Origin: Chiloscyllium plagiosum
Lineage: Eukaryota
Assembly (NCBI RefSeq): GCF_004010195.1
Contig: NW_025215381.1
Span: 1,480,949-1,544,948, forward strand
Length of the DNA: 64,000 nucleotides
Direction of reading: 5' to 3'
The first letter of the stretch is position 1. Each line of letters opens with the position of its first letter. This document shows positions 1 through 12,140 of this stretch, in pieces. The notes beneath the pieces were generated by a model. The model was given only the letters and a program-made list of their open reading frames with translations, had not been told where the DNA came from and did no database searches. The translations under genes were made by a program, and so were the position numbers.

Positions 1-590
1 CCACATGTTCAAGTCCATTATCTCCCTGTTTCTGGCCACACCAGCCCGAGGAACTGGAAGCAAACCGGAGATAACCACCCTGGACCTCCTGCTTTTCAGC
101 CTTCTTCCTAGTTCTCCGAAGTCCTGCTGTAGTATCTTCCTCCTCTTCTTCCCGACATCATTTGTGCCGACATGTACCACCACCTCTGGCTCTTCACCCT
201 CGTCCTTGAGGATTTCCTGCACTCTGTCCACGATGTCTTTCAGCCTGGCACTAGGAAGGCAACACACCATCCTTAAGTCTCACCTGCTGCCACAAAAACC
301 CCGGTCAGTTCCTCTCACGATGGAGTCCCCTATTACCATGGCTATGTGCGATGTCCGACTCTTCCGCTCTGCCTCTGCGCCAACTTTTGATTGACAGACC
401 TGGCTGCCTTGCGAACTGGCAGTGTCATCAGTCTCTACTGTTTCCAAAAGCTTCAACTTGTTCCTGACAGGTACTTCTCCCAGGGTCTCTTCCACCTGTC
501 TCCTCTCTGCCTTCCTCATCGTCTGCTCTCTTCTGGCATGATTGGTGAAATAACCTCGCTGAAGGTCTTGTCCAGAAAGATCTCGTTCTC
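1..590 (-). mobile_element. CR1-clade LINE ORF1 fragment (SGNH/GDSL esterase domain), decayed
   Basis: Minus-strand translation VIGDSIVRGTDRGFC...VVVHVGTNDVG...VVISGLLPVP with an internal stop. Confidence 0.85.
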
Positions 591-1129
591 TCTACAGGTT
601 GAGGGTGGGAATCTCGTATCTAAATGCTGAGGATACCAATTCTGGACTCCTGAGCAACCCCAGCTTTAGGCTGATGCATAGAAGGAGGGCAGGTGGATGA
701 GAAGTAGTGTCAGGAAATGGGAAGGATAAGAATACAAATAAGATTTTTGAAAAATATTTTCCAGCCAGGCATAGCTGGGCAAGATGATGGAGGTGAAAGG
801 AGTCAGGCTCGCCGATGTTGAGAATGCAGGGACATGAGCTCAGTTCAGGATCAAATGGTAATACACTGGTTCAGTGGAGAGAGAGAGAGAGAGAGAGATG
901 TGAAATTGGTTGTAAAACTATTTTACTGGTAAGGAATGCTTTTAAAGTGGCCTGTTTTTAAAGTCTCAAGGGTCTGGCTACTGAGGCTGTTAAGTGAAGG
1001 ATTTTGGGATTGCAGATTTCATGAGGCCTACACGAGGGTTGATCAGATCTGCAGGAAACATCTATCTTCAGAGAACAGACCAATGTGCCTGGCCTCCCAC
1101 ATGGAATAATTGTCTGGCTTTTGTGTTCT

Positions 1130-2122
1130 CCATAGAATCTACCCTAGCCCTGCATTCCCCATGGCTAACCTACCTAACCTACGCATCCCTGAACACTATG
1201 GGCAATTTAACATGGCCAGTCCACCCTAATCTACACATCCCTGAACACTATGGGACAATTTAGCGTGGCCACTCTCCACCCTAACCTACACATCCCTGAA
1301 CACTATGGGACAATTTAACATGGCCAGTCCACCCTAATATATACATCCCTGAACACTATGGGCAATTTAACATGGCCAGTCCACCCTAATATACACAACC
1401 CTGAACACTATGGGGCAATTTAGCATGGCCAATCCACCCTAACCTACACATCCCTGAACACTATGGGGCAATTTAGCATGACCAATCCACCCTAACCTAC
1501 ACATCCCTGAACACTATGGGGTAATTTAGCACGGCCAATCCACCCTAACCTACACATCCCTGAACACTATGGGACAATTTAACATGGCCAGTCCACCCTA
1601 ACCTACACATCCCTGAACACTATGGGACAATTTAACATGGCCAGTCCACCCTAATATATACATCCCTGAACACTATGGGCAATTTAACACGGCCAGTCCA
1701 CCCTAATATACACATCCCTGAACACTATGGGCAATTTAACATGGCCAGTCCACCCTAATATACACATCCCTGAACACTATGGGCAATTTAAAATGGCCAA
1801 TCCACCCTAACCTACACATCCCTGAACACTATGGGGCAATTTAGCATGGCCAATCCACCCTAACCTACACATCCCTGAACACTATGGGGTAATTTAGCAT
1901 GGCCAGCCCACCCTAACCTGCACATCCCTGAACACTATGGGGTAATTTAGCATGGCCAGCCCACCCAACCTGCACGTTTGGACTGTTGGAGGAAACTGGA
2001 GCTCCTGGTGACGCAGGCTGAATATGCAAGCACCACACAGACAGTTTCCAGAGGCTGCAATTGAACGTGGGTCCCTAGAGCTGTGAGGCAGCAGTGCTAA
2101 CCACTGAACGACAGTGTCGCCC
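1130..2122 (-). mobile_element. HE1-type SINE hosting the minisatellite
   Basis: 1976-2122 is the reverse complement of the SINE 5' half (gtggttagcactgctgcctcacagc); the repeat unit is the SINE's internal segment. Confidence 0.85.
1172..1975. repeat. Minisatellite: 15 copies of a 52-55 bp unit (ctgaacactatggg(g/a)caattta(g/a)catggcca(a/g)tccaccctaa(c/t)ctacacatcc)
   Basis: ctgaacac recurs at 1189, 1241, 1296, 1349, 1401, 1454, 1507, 1560, 1613, 1666, 1718, 1770, 1822, 1875 and 1928. Confidence 0.97.
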
Positions 2123-3318
2123 TTGGAAAAACATTTCTAACATTTTAAATGAAGTGTGATACAGTTTTGATCCTGATCGAAGATGGAGTTGATCTGAGGT
2201 TGTGAAATCTTAGAACAGTGAAGGGTACGCAATGGCTTTGTGCTAATACCATTATGCTAGCAATCTAGAACCCTAGGCCAGTGATCTGGAATCATGGGTT
2301 TGAATCCCGCAATTGGTAGGTAGTGAAACCTGAATTCATTAAAATCTGGAAATCATGTGACTGTTATCATTGTCAAAAGTAGTATAAACCCACCTGGTTC
2401 ACTGATGCCCTTTCGGGAAGGATTTCTGCCATCCTAATTTGGTCTGGGCCTACATGAGGCTCCAGACCCACTTGACAATTTGGGATGGGCGATAATTGCT
2501 GGCCTAGCCAGCTCCATCCACTCGCTATGAATTAATTTCTACAGTGTGCAATGGAGAAGACCATTCAGCCCATCAGGTCTGAGCCAGCTCCTTCCTAGTA
2601 ATCCCTCTCCTGTATTTATTCTAATGCCCCTTTTACATGCTCACTGAATCTGTGTCCACCAGCTGACCTGGCTGCATCTTCCAAACATTCACCACTGGCT
2701 CATGCCCACTTTGTAAATCATCTTGAACTTGTCCCATCTGGGGGTTGTCAGGTCTTTTGCCACTGGGCATTTTCCTAATTAACTCTTCATTTATTTTCAA
2801 ATGCCACAAGACCTTCAGTTTGCCCGCGTGTGTGCTGCACCATGAAAGATCGGAACGCTACACAAGTGCCAGCCGTGAACGCTATTTGAATTTCTCCTTC
2901 TCGTTGAAGGAGCAGATGTATGATTGCCGAATGTACCCATGCCCTGAAGCTCTTTGCAGCCAGTGCAGTTAATTTGAAAGCTGAGGTGTTTTTATTTTGA
3001 GGCAGAGGGGTGTGAAGGCCAGTGTGTGCAGTTACATCTGAATGCTGCCACAGTCGCACTGGCTGGCATCACAGGTGGAGGGCTGAATGGCCTCCTCCAG
3101 TTCAGGAGTATTAAGGTCTTTGAAGCAAAGCTGCTGGTGTCATGTGGAGCAACATGCAGTCCATATACATGCAGCCAGCTCCCGCAAATAGAGATTAGGA
3201 GATTTGTTTTAAAGTTGTGCAGCAGTTTGTCTGGAATTGTGATCTCTGGAGGTCAGGAGCAAGCAGCAAAATGGTTGAGGCAGCAGTCAGTCGTTTCTTG
3301 ATTGACAAGGAGCGAAAG

Positions 3319-3421
3319 GTTAGGCGAAAGTGAGGACTGCAGATGCTGGAGATCAGAGTCAAGATTAGAATGGTGCTGGAAAAGCACAGCAGGTCAAGCA
3401 GCATCCGAAGAGCAGGAAAAT
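3319..3421 (-). mobile_element. PLE terminal-repeat fragment, family A
   Basis: Reverse complement of the tail that follows the GIY-YIG remnant at 55.6-56.3 kb and of 14310-14408. Confidence 0.75.
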
Positions 3422-6400
3422 GAAAGGTTATCTGGGGCTGGGCAGAAAGTGGCTGGCAGCTTCAAACGGATCAACCGTAAGCCAATGTCCACACCGGCCC
3501 GAGGGGCTGCTCTTCCTCCTAACCTGTAAACTGGCCCCCGGGTGTTTGATGCTGACCAGGGCGTGCTTTGCCTCCAATATTGTTGAGGGATCTTTAACAT
3601 CGGTAAGTTGGGGTTTGCACCGCTGTGGTTCTCTGCCTCACCAAATGGATAACATTTCCAACAAAGTGACACTAGTTCCTGGCGTGGACTTTATACAGAC
3701 CTCGGGTTTGAAACAGAGTTGGGAGTTGCACCTTCCTGACTCAAGCTGTGACCCGGTTGAGGCAGGACAGGAATACCATGCGTGATGCAGCTGAGTCTAT
3801 AAACTGCTTCCTGTGATAGCTTGCGATGCCCTGAGTGCGAGTTTAATCGTCTACGTTATGACTCAGAAGACATTCTTTTTCTTTAGTTGCATGACTTTCA
3901 GAGGCTGCTAATGATCGTAGATGTGATGATCTCAGCCCCTTTCTGGTGAGGTGAGGAGACTGTCTGGCAGCTTTCTTGTCTGATTTGGATAGATTGCTGT
4001 GGTTAAAAAATGTAACCCACCTTGGTGTCTGCGTTACTGACCTGCTGCGGCTTGTCACTTCATGCTGTTAACAGCACCATGTGAACTTTCTAATCGGTTA
4101 GAGGCATTGCTCATTGGCCAGGGAGCAGTTCAGGATGAACTTATTGTTGTGGGTCTCGTCACATGTTGACAGATTTCATCATCTAAAGCATGTTAGTAAA
4201 CCAAATAAATTTTCAAAATTGTAAAACATTCATCATTGCATACCATTCGGCCAACGGTATAATTGAATTGAATCTCATTGTCTGCTATAATGGGACTTGG
4301 ACCTAGTCCCCAGGAGTTCTGTGTTGCTGGTCATTGACATTATCAGCACACCACCTCTCCTATTCTTGGAAGCATGCAAAATATTACTTTACATGGCCAA
4401 ACACTCTGTTTTTCTCTCTCTCTGTCTGTGATATTATCTTCTGAATACGCTATTTGCAGCCTGGGATACACTTCTAAAGGTATTGGCTCCTTCCTGTACC
4501 TGAATCCTCACTCAAACAACTCTGTGCACTCTCTGTGCTCCTCCAGTTCTCAGTTTCCAACATTGTTGGCCATGCCTTCAGCTTCCTGGGATTTTAGCTC
4601 CCTTATTCCTTCCTTAAACCTTTCAATTTTTTTCCATTTAAGATGCTCCATAAAACCTACCTGTTCGGCTTAACTCTTGGTCACCTCAGGGAGTCCAGCG
4701 TGGATTCAGACCCTTTCGTCCAACTCATTAGTCCCATTTGCCAGCACTTGGCCCATATCCCTTTAAACCTTTCCTATTTAGACACAATCCAGATGCCTCT
4801 TGAATGTTGCAATTGTACCAGCCTCCACCACATCCTCTGGCAGCTCATTCCATACACGTACCACCCTCTGTGTGAAAAAGTTGCCCCTTAGGTCCCTTTT
4901 ATATCTCTCCCCTCTCACCTTAAACCTATGCCCCTCTAGTTTTTAACTCCCCTACCCTGGGAAAAGACCTTGGCTATTACCCTATCCCTGCCTCTCATGA
5001 TTTTATATCTCTCTCTCTAAGGTCACCCCTTCAGCCTCTGGTGCTCCAGGGAAAACAGCCCCAGCCTATTCAACCTCTCCATATAAACTCAAACCCTCCA
5101 ACCCTGGCAGCATCCTTGTAAACCTTTTCTGAGCCCTTTCATGTTTCACAACATTCTTCCTACAGCAGGGAGACCAGCATTGAACGCAGTGTTCTAAAAG
5201 TGGCCTCAATGATGTCCTGTACTGAAGCAACATGACCTCCCAATTCCAATATTGAATGCAGTGACCAATAAAGACAAACATACCAAACAAAGCCTTCACT
5301 ACCCAGTCTACCTGCGACTCCAGTTTCAAGGAGCTATGAACCTGTACCCCCAGGTTTCTTTGTTAGACAATGCTCCCCAGAACTTTTACTATTAAGTCCT
5401 GCCATAATTTGCCTCACCAAAATGCAGCACCTCACCTCTATCTCGATTAAACACCATCTGATCAAGGTCCCATTGTATTCTGAGGTAACCTCCTTCACTG
5501 TCCCCACACCAGCAATCTTGGTGTCATCTGTAAACTCTGTATACATCCCTCCTATATTCACATCCAAACTTTTTATCTAACCGACAAAAGTGGTGGATCC
5601 AGCATAAATCTTTGTGGTACACTGCCGGTCTCAGGTCTCCCTCCTCCACCACCGCCACCCTCTGGCTCCTGCCTTTGGGCCAACTTTGTATCCAAATGGC
5701 TACGATTTCCTTTACACAAAGCCAATATTGACTATCCCTAATCAGTCCTTGCCTTTCCAAGTACATGTAAATGCCGTCCCTCAGAATCCCTCCAGTAACG
5801 TACCCACCACTGACATCAGGCTTACCGGTTCTCTGGCTTTTCCATATCAGCTTTGTTAAATAATGGCACCACGTTAGCCAACCTCCAGTCTTCCGGCACC
5901 TCACCCATGGCTATCGATGATACAAATATCTCAGCAAGGGGCCCAGCAATCACTTCCCTAGCTTCCTGCAGAGTTCTAGGGTACACTTGATCAGGTCTCG
6001 GGCCTTCATCCACCTTTATACATTTTAAGGTGTCCAGCACCACCACTTCTGTAATATATGGGCACTTTTCAAGATATCACCCTTTATTTCCCCAAATTCT
6101 CCAGCTTCCATATCCTTCTCCACAGTAAACACTGATGCAAAATATTCATTTAGTATCACCCCCGTCTCCTGTGGTTCCACACGCAGTTAGCCTTGTTGAT
6201 TTTTAAGAGGTCCTATTTTCTCCCTAGTTACTCTTTACTCATTAAGGTATTTGTGGAATCTGTTTGCATTCTCCTTAACCCTGTTTGCCAAAGCTGTCTC
6301 ATGGTCCCATTTTGCCCTCCTGATTTCCCTCTTGAATATCCTCCTACTGCATGGAAACAGATCCTACAGTCCAGCCGGTGTCCATACTGACCATAATCCC

Positions 6401-6474
6401 AAACTAAACTAGTCCCTCCTGCCTGTGCATTGGCCCCTATCCCTCCAAACCTTTCCTATTCATGAACTTAGCCA

Positions 6475-6798
6475 AATGTCTGTTAAACATTGTAACTGTA
6501 CCTGCATCCACCGCTTCCTCTGGAAGTTCATTCCACACATGAACCACTCTGTGTAAAAAAAAAGTTGCCCCTTATGTCTTTTTAAAATTTTTCTCCTCTC
6601 GCCTTAGAAATATGACCTGTAGTCTTGATACTCTAACGTCTGTTAAACATTGTAACTGTACCTGCATCCACCGCTTCCTCTGGAAGTTCATTCCACACAT
6701 GAACCACTCTGTGTAAAAAAAAAAAAAGTTGCCCCTTATGTCTTTTTAAAATTTTTTTCCTCTCGCCTTAGAAATATGACCTGTAGTCTTGATACTCT
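6475..6798. repeat. Tandem duplication of ~160 bp (6475-6634 and 6635-6798)
   Basis: Near-identical copies differing mainly in A-run and T-run length. Confidence 0.92.
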
Positions 6799-6997
6799 TC
6801 GAGGGATTCACACGATCCCAGCTGTCTATACCTGACACCTGCTGTCTCCTTTTACTTGAGCAGAGCCTGAATTTCTCCAATCGTTGAGCATTCCCCCCAC
6901 CTACCGGCCTTGCCCTTCACAGTCACAGAAACGTACTGCCACTGGACTCTTGTCTCATTTTCGAAGGCCTCCCACTTACCAACTGTCCTTTACCACT

Positions 6998-7318
6998 GGG
7001 CGGCACGGTGGTTAGCAGTGGTTGCACTGCTGCCTCACAGCACCAGAGACCCGGGTTCAATTCCAGCCTCAGGCGACTGACTGTGTGGAGTTTGCACGTT
7101 CTCCCCGTGTCTGCGTGGGTTTCCTCCGGGTGCTCCGGTTTCCTCCCACAGTCCAAAGATGTGCAGGTCAGGTGAATTGGCCATGCTAAATTGCCCGTAG
7201 TGTTAGGTAAGGGGTAAATGTAGGGGTATGGGTGGGTTGCGCTTCGGCGGGTCGGTGTGGACTTGTTGGGCCGAAGGGCCTGTTTCCACACTGTAGGTAA
7301 TCTAAAAAAAAATCTAAT
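6998..7318 (+). mobile_element. HE1-type SINE, young full-length copy
   Basis: Pol III A box (tggttagcac-like), B box (gggttcaattcc) and CR1-like tail (ttgggccgaagggcctgtttccacactgta). Confidence 0.92.
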
Positions 7319-8229
7319 CGCCCCCAGGTAACTTTTGGAAGTTGTTGCCTACGACCATCTAACTTGGCTTTCCTCCAATATTGAGCGATAACTTTTAGAT
7401 CAGGTCTATCCTTTCCTATAACTATTTAAAACTACAGGAATTATGATCATTGGCCTGACTGTACTCTCCCACTGACAGCTCAGTTACTTGTCCTGCTTTA
7501 TCTCTTCTGAAATCTCGCTGTGACTTGGTGTCAAAGTTATCATTGAATTATTGTTAAAGGCAGGGGTGTAGTGGTTGAGCCCATGCCTTTCACATGTATA
7601 TTTTTAAAAAGCCTTCTTGGGATGTTTAAGTCCATCCTTAATTGCTGAGCGGATAGTTAACAGGCAGCCACATTGCTGGGGTCTGGAGTCACCTAGGGGA
7701 ATGCAGATTTCCTTTCCGAAAGGCTATTAGTGAACTGGATGGGTTTTCCTAACAACTGGCCATGGTCATCATTAGACTCTTATTTCCAGTTTAATTTTTA
7801 AACTGAACTCCAATTCGACCATCTGCCACTTGAACCCAGGTTCCTGTATACTTGGGTCTCTGGATTAATAGTATAGTGATAATACCACAAGGTCATCACC
7901 TTGATGTTTGTGTGAGAGGCTACACGTGGTTATATATCTGACAGAGCCGCACAGCTTGCCTATTCACCAGATGAATAATAGCCACAAGTCGGGGTGAGGA
8001 GCGCTGGGCTCTTTGCTGTTCCCTCCTTCCTAAACCTCAGACACCAAGCTAGCGCTGTACGAGCAAGGTTGGCTGACCGTGCAGCGTGGCCTACGTGACT
8101 CAGTCACTCCCACCCTTCAGCTGTCAAGTCTGCCATAGGTTTCCAGCACTGTGTCGATGAACCTGAAGTGGACGAAAGTGGAAACTTGAAGTGTACAATG
8201 CCATGTGGGAGGCACTTAGTTTTTAATGT

Positions 8230-8449
8230 CAAGATTAGAGTGGTGCTTGAAAAGCACAGCAGGTCAGGCAGCATCCGAGGAGCAGGGAAATCGATGTTTC
8301 AGGCAGGAGCCCTTCATCAGGAACCCTAACTCCTGATGAAGGGATTTTGCCCGAAACGTTGATTTTCCTGCTCCTCAGATGCTGCCTGACCTGTTGTGCT
8401 TTTCCAGCACCACTCTAATCTCTAGCATCTGCAGTCCTCGCTTATGCCT
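8230..8449. mobile_element. Fold-back PLE family-A insertion with 16-bp TSD
   Basis: Arms ~8233-8322 and 8331-8421 are reverse complements; flanks acttagtttttaatgt (8214-8229) and acttggtttttaatgt (8450-8465). Confidence 0.85.
8328..8365 (+). ncRNA. Minimal type I hammerhead ribozyme motif (PLE-associated)
   Basis: AACUC-CUGAUGA-A-GGG(AUUUUG)CCC-GAA-ACGU-U-GAUUU: core intact, palindromic stem III, stem I 4 of 5 pairs. Confidence 0.65.
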
Positions 8450-10029
8450 ACTTGGTTTTTAATGTTTGAGCAATAGCATTGCTGCAAGCACTTAACACAT
8501 TGTACTGCAGGACGTTCAACTGTGTCAGGCAATTGAGTTAGTTTGTCATCTGTTGTTGCCTTGGAAAAGACTGACAGTGGTTGTCCTTGAATTTAGCTTC
8601 CCTTCCTTGGGGGTGTTTTCTGGATGGCTCATTATATTTGCTTTTGCTTTCGGATAGATTGGGGAAAGCAGCTGGTGGTTTTACCCGTGAGCGCTACCTC
8701 ACCTCCAGGCTCAGAATTCTCTCTCATTGTGGTCTCCCTTCCCGAAGGGATCTGACACAGTTAAATTGCCAGTTGTCTGTTTCTCATTGTACAGTTTCCA
8801 GGCCAGGAAGGCTCTCCTCCAGTTAGTTGCTAAATATTTATCCTGAAAACAATTCTGTGTACACTATAACAATTCCTCCTCTACGGCATTGTTACTGATT
8901 TGATTTGATTTGTCTGATCTGTGTGCGTATAGTTGCATGTGCACATTGTGGGCATATTGTTGCCCATAAATTACAGCTTTACTTTTATTACTTGCACCTG
9001 TACTTGTTTAATGCCTTTCCACTCCACTTTGGTGGGGGTGGGGGTCTGTGTCCAACAGCCACATTTGCTTGCTGTCACTTGGTGTTTCTACATTCTACCC
9101 ATACAAGATCCCACTTTCCTGGGGCTAATATCTTTCCAATTGCGTTAATATTTCTCTTTCGCCAACAATGGTAGCCATCTCCTTTTCCTTTTCGCCACCC
9201 CTGGTCACCTTGCAGCCACGTCTCCATTATTCCAAGTAACTCGTGCATTTTTTTTTTTTACCCGGCTGGTTAATCCACGTTCTTTCACAATGTTCCGCCC
9301 TAGGATCAGGCCAGACCTTGTTTCATTGTGGCAAGCTGCTGCTCTCCAACTTAAGCTTCCACTTAAACTTGGAGGTTCAGAGTGAAGGAAAATGTGCATT
9401 TACTCTGCCTAGTCCTGCTGGCAGCATTCCTGTCCCAAGTTTATATCGATGTAGAGCCAAATCCCACTCCACGTAGCACAGGCCAAAGCTTCTGTGCAGT
9501 GCTGAGGGAGAGCCACGTCATCTGAGATCCTCCTCTCCAGTTATGAGGTATTAAATTCAGCAACTCCTGCTCTGACCCAGCTCGAGTAGACATTTAACGT
9601 TCCACAATCTGAAGAAAAAAAACAGCAAAAGTTCTCCTGGTGTTTGAATGAAGGTGAAAACTTGGCACTTCAGTCTCATACCAGCGTGCATCCCAAAAGC
9701 AGCAGCAGCAGCCAGACCGATATTTCATTCCTCTGCTTTATTGTGAGAGTTTAATTTCTGCAAATTAGTTGCGCTTCATTTGCCTACCATTTGTTTGCAC
9801 TTTAAAGCACCACGGGGAAGCATTTTGCAGTGCTTGAGAAATAGGAGGGGGCCACATATAGTCCAGCTCTGGTTTGTGGCCAATCCCCTTGCTATCATCC
9901 TGGTAAAGGACTTGTCAGACTTTTGATTAAGTTGCCATGTTTAACCCTTCCTTTGTCCTTCAGACTTGCATTTTTGTAGCACCATTTGCAACTTTGGTTG
10001 TCTCAAATTTTTCCACAGCAATTGATGCT

Positions 10030-10754
10030 GCCCAAAGAACAGAGAAAATTACAGCACAGGAACAGGCCCTTCAGCCCTCCAAGCCTGCGTCGATCTAGAT
10101 GCTCTATCTAAATCTGTCGCTTATTTTCTCAGGATCTGTATCCCTCTGCTCTCTGCCCATTCATGTATCTGTCTGGATACATCTTAAAGGACGCAATCGC
10201 GCCCGCCTCTACCACCTCTGCTGGCAACGTGTTCCAGGGACCCACCTCCCTCCCCGTGAAGAACTTCACACGCATATCTCCCCTAAACCTTTCCCCTCTT
10301 AGCTTGAACTCGTGACCCTTCTCTGGGAAAATGTTTCTTGCTATCCACCTGTCTATACCTGTCATTATTTGTACACCTCAATCAGGTTCCCCCCTCAACC
10401 TCCGTCTTTCTAATGAAAATAATCCTAATCTACTCAACCTCTCCTCATAGCTAACACCCTCCTTAGCAGGCAGCCTCCTGGTGAACCCTCCTCTGCACCG
10501 TCTCCAAAGCATCCACATCCTTTTGGTAATAGTCATAGAGATATACAGCATGGAAACAGACCTTTCGGTCCAATGTGGCGACCAGAACTGTACACAGTAT
10601 TCCAGATGTAAAGTTTTATACAACTGTAACATAGCCTGCCAACTCTTGTACTCAATGCCCCTCCCTAAGAAGGAAAGCATGTCGTATGCCGCCTTGACCA
10701 CTCTACAGACCTGCACTGCCACCTTTAGGGTACAATGGACCTGAACGCCCAGAT
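10030..10754 (-). mobile_element. CR1-type LINE 3' end
   Basis: RGIEYKSWQAMLQLYKTL..HLEYCVQFWSP and FKLRGERFRGDMRVKFFT peptides. Confidence 0.9.
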
Positions 10755-12140
10755 CTTTTATTCATATATAAGAAGCAAGAGGGTAACTAGAGAAAGGGTT
10801 GGTCCACTGAAGGATAAGGAAGGGATATTGCCTGTCAAACCTGAGAAAATGGGTGAGATTCTTAATGGTGACTTTGCATCAGTGTTCACTGAGGAGCAGG
10901 ACATGATGAATGTTGAGATTAGAGATAGAAGTTTGTTTACTCTGGATCACGTTGACATAAGGGGGAGAAGGTGTATTGGGTAGGCTAAAGGATATTAAGG
11001 TGGACAAATCCCCAGGACCGGATGGGATCTATCCCTCTTTGTAGCATCCTTAAATACAGGTGAGGTGCCGGAGGACTGGAGAGTTACTAATGTTGTCCCC
11101 CTGTATAAGGGAGGTAGGGGTGTTCCAAGTAACCGACATAAGTGGTGGAAAAGTTGCTGGAGAAGGTACTGAGGGATAAAATCTATTTATATTTGGAAAA
11201 GTATGGGCTTATCAATGATAGGCAAATGGTTTTGTGCGGGGGAGATCCTGCCTTACCAACTTAATGGCGTTATTTGAGGAAGGGACTACGTTGATAGATG
11301 AAGGAAAGGCTGTAGATGTCATATACTTGGACTTTAATAAGCCGTTTGATAAGGTTCCCCATGGTAAACTAATAGAGAAAGTGAAGTCACATAGTGTGCA
11401 GGGTGTTCTAGCTCGGTGGATAAAGAACTGGTTGAGCAACAGGAGACAGGGAGTAGTAGTTGAAGGGAGTGTCTCGAAATGGAGAAAGGTGACCAGTGGT
11501 GTTCCACAGGGGTCAGTGTTGGGGCCACTGTTGTTTGTGATATACATCAATGACCTGGCAGAGGGCATTGTTGGTCTGATCAAGTTTACAGATGACATGA
11601 AGATTGGTGGCAGAAAATGTAGGGGACTGTCAGAGAATATAGGAGAATATTGATAGGCTGGAGAGTTGGGCGGAGAAGTGGCAGATGGAGTTCAATCCTG
11701 ACAAATGTGAGGTGATGCATTTTGGGAAGTCTAATTCTAGAGCGAACGATACTATAAACGGAAGAGCCTTGGGAAAAGTTGATGAGCAGAGAGGTCTGGG
11801 AGTTCACGTCCATTGTACCCTGAAGGTGGCTGCACAGGTGGATAGAGTGGTCAAGAAGGCGTATGATATGCTTGCCTTCATCGGACGGGGTATTGAGTAT
11901 AAGAGCTGGCAGGTCATGTTAAAATTGTACACGACATTGGTTCGGCCCCATTTAGAATGCTGTGGGATTTAGTTCCGGTCACCACATTACCAAAAGGATG
12001 TGGATGCTTTGGAGAATGTGCACAGAAGGTTTACGAGGATGTTGCCTGGTATGGAAGGTGCTAGCTATGAAGTGAGGTTGAGGAGGTTAGGATTGTTTTC
12101 ATTAGAAGAAAGGAAATTGAGGGGGGGACCTGATTGAGGT
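10755..12140 (+). mobile_element. CR1-type LINE RT fragment
   Basis: [46 protein letters not shown] and [10 protein letters not shown] motifs. Confidence 0.92.

Larger units (their letters stand above)
4690..7490 (-). mobile_element. CR1/HER1-type LINE ORF2 fragments with nested 3' end (~6350-6800) and nested SINE
   Basis: Peptides PGPDxVYPRTLxEAREVIAGPL, VPEDWRLANVVPLF, FTDDTKIAG and QKRFTRMLPGL, with many frameshifts. Confidence 0.9.

Noticed and set aside
1172..1975. CRISPR-like array
   Set aside because: Units are contiguous with no unique spacers, derive from a SINE, and sit in vertebrate DNA with no cas genes.
3420..3608. Possible alternative first exon ending at the strong donor TCG|gtaagt (3602/3603)
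   Set aside because: The ATG-3420 frame ends in phase 0 but exon 2 needs phase 2, and it has no ArfGAP zinc-finger (CxxC) similarity. A non-coding use cannot be excluded.
6998..7075. tRNA genes suggested by A and B boxes (also at other SINE heads)
   Set aside because: These are tRNA-derived SINE heads continuing into SINE body and LINE-like tail; no complete cloverleaf.
8230..8421. Pre-miRNA or DNA-transposon MITE
   Set aside because: The arms are multi-copy PLE terminal sequence, and TSDs vary from 9 to 16 bp, unlike the fixed TSDs of DNA transposons. No small-RNA evidence is available.
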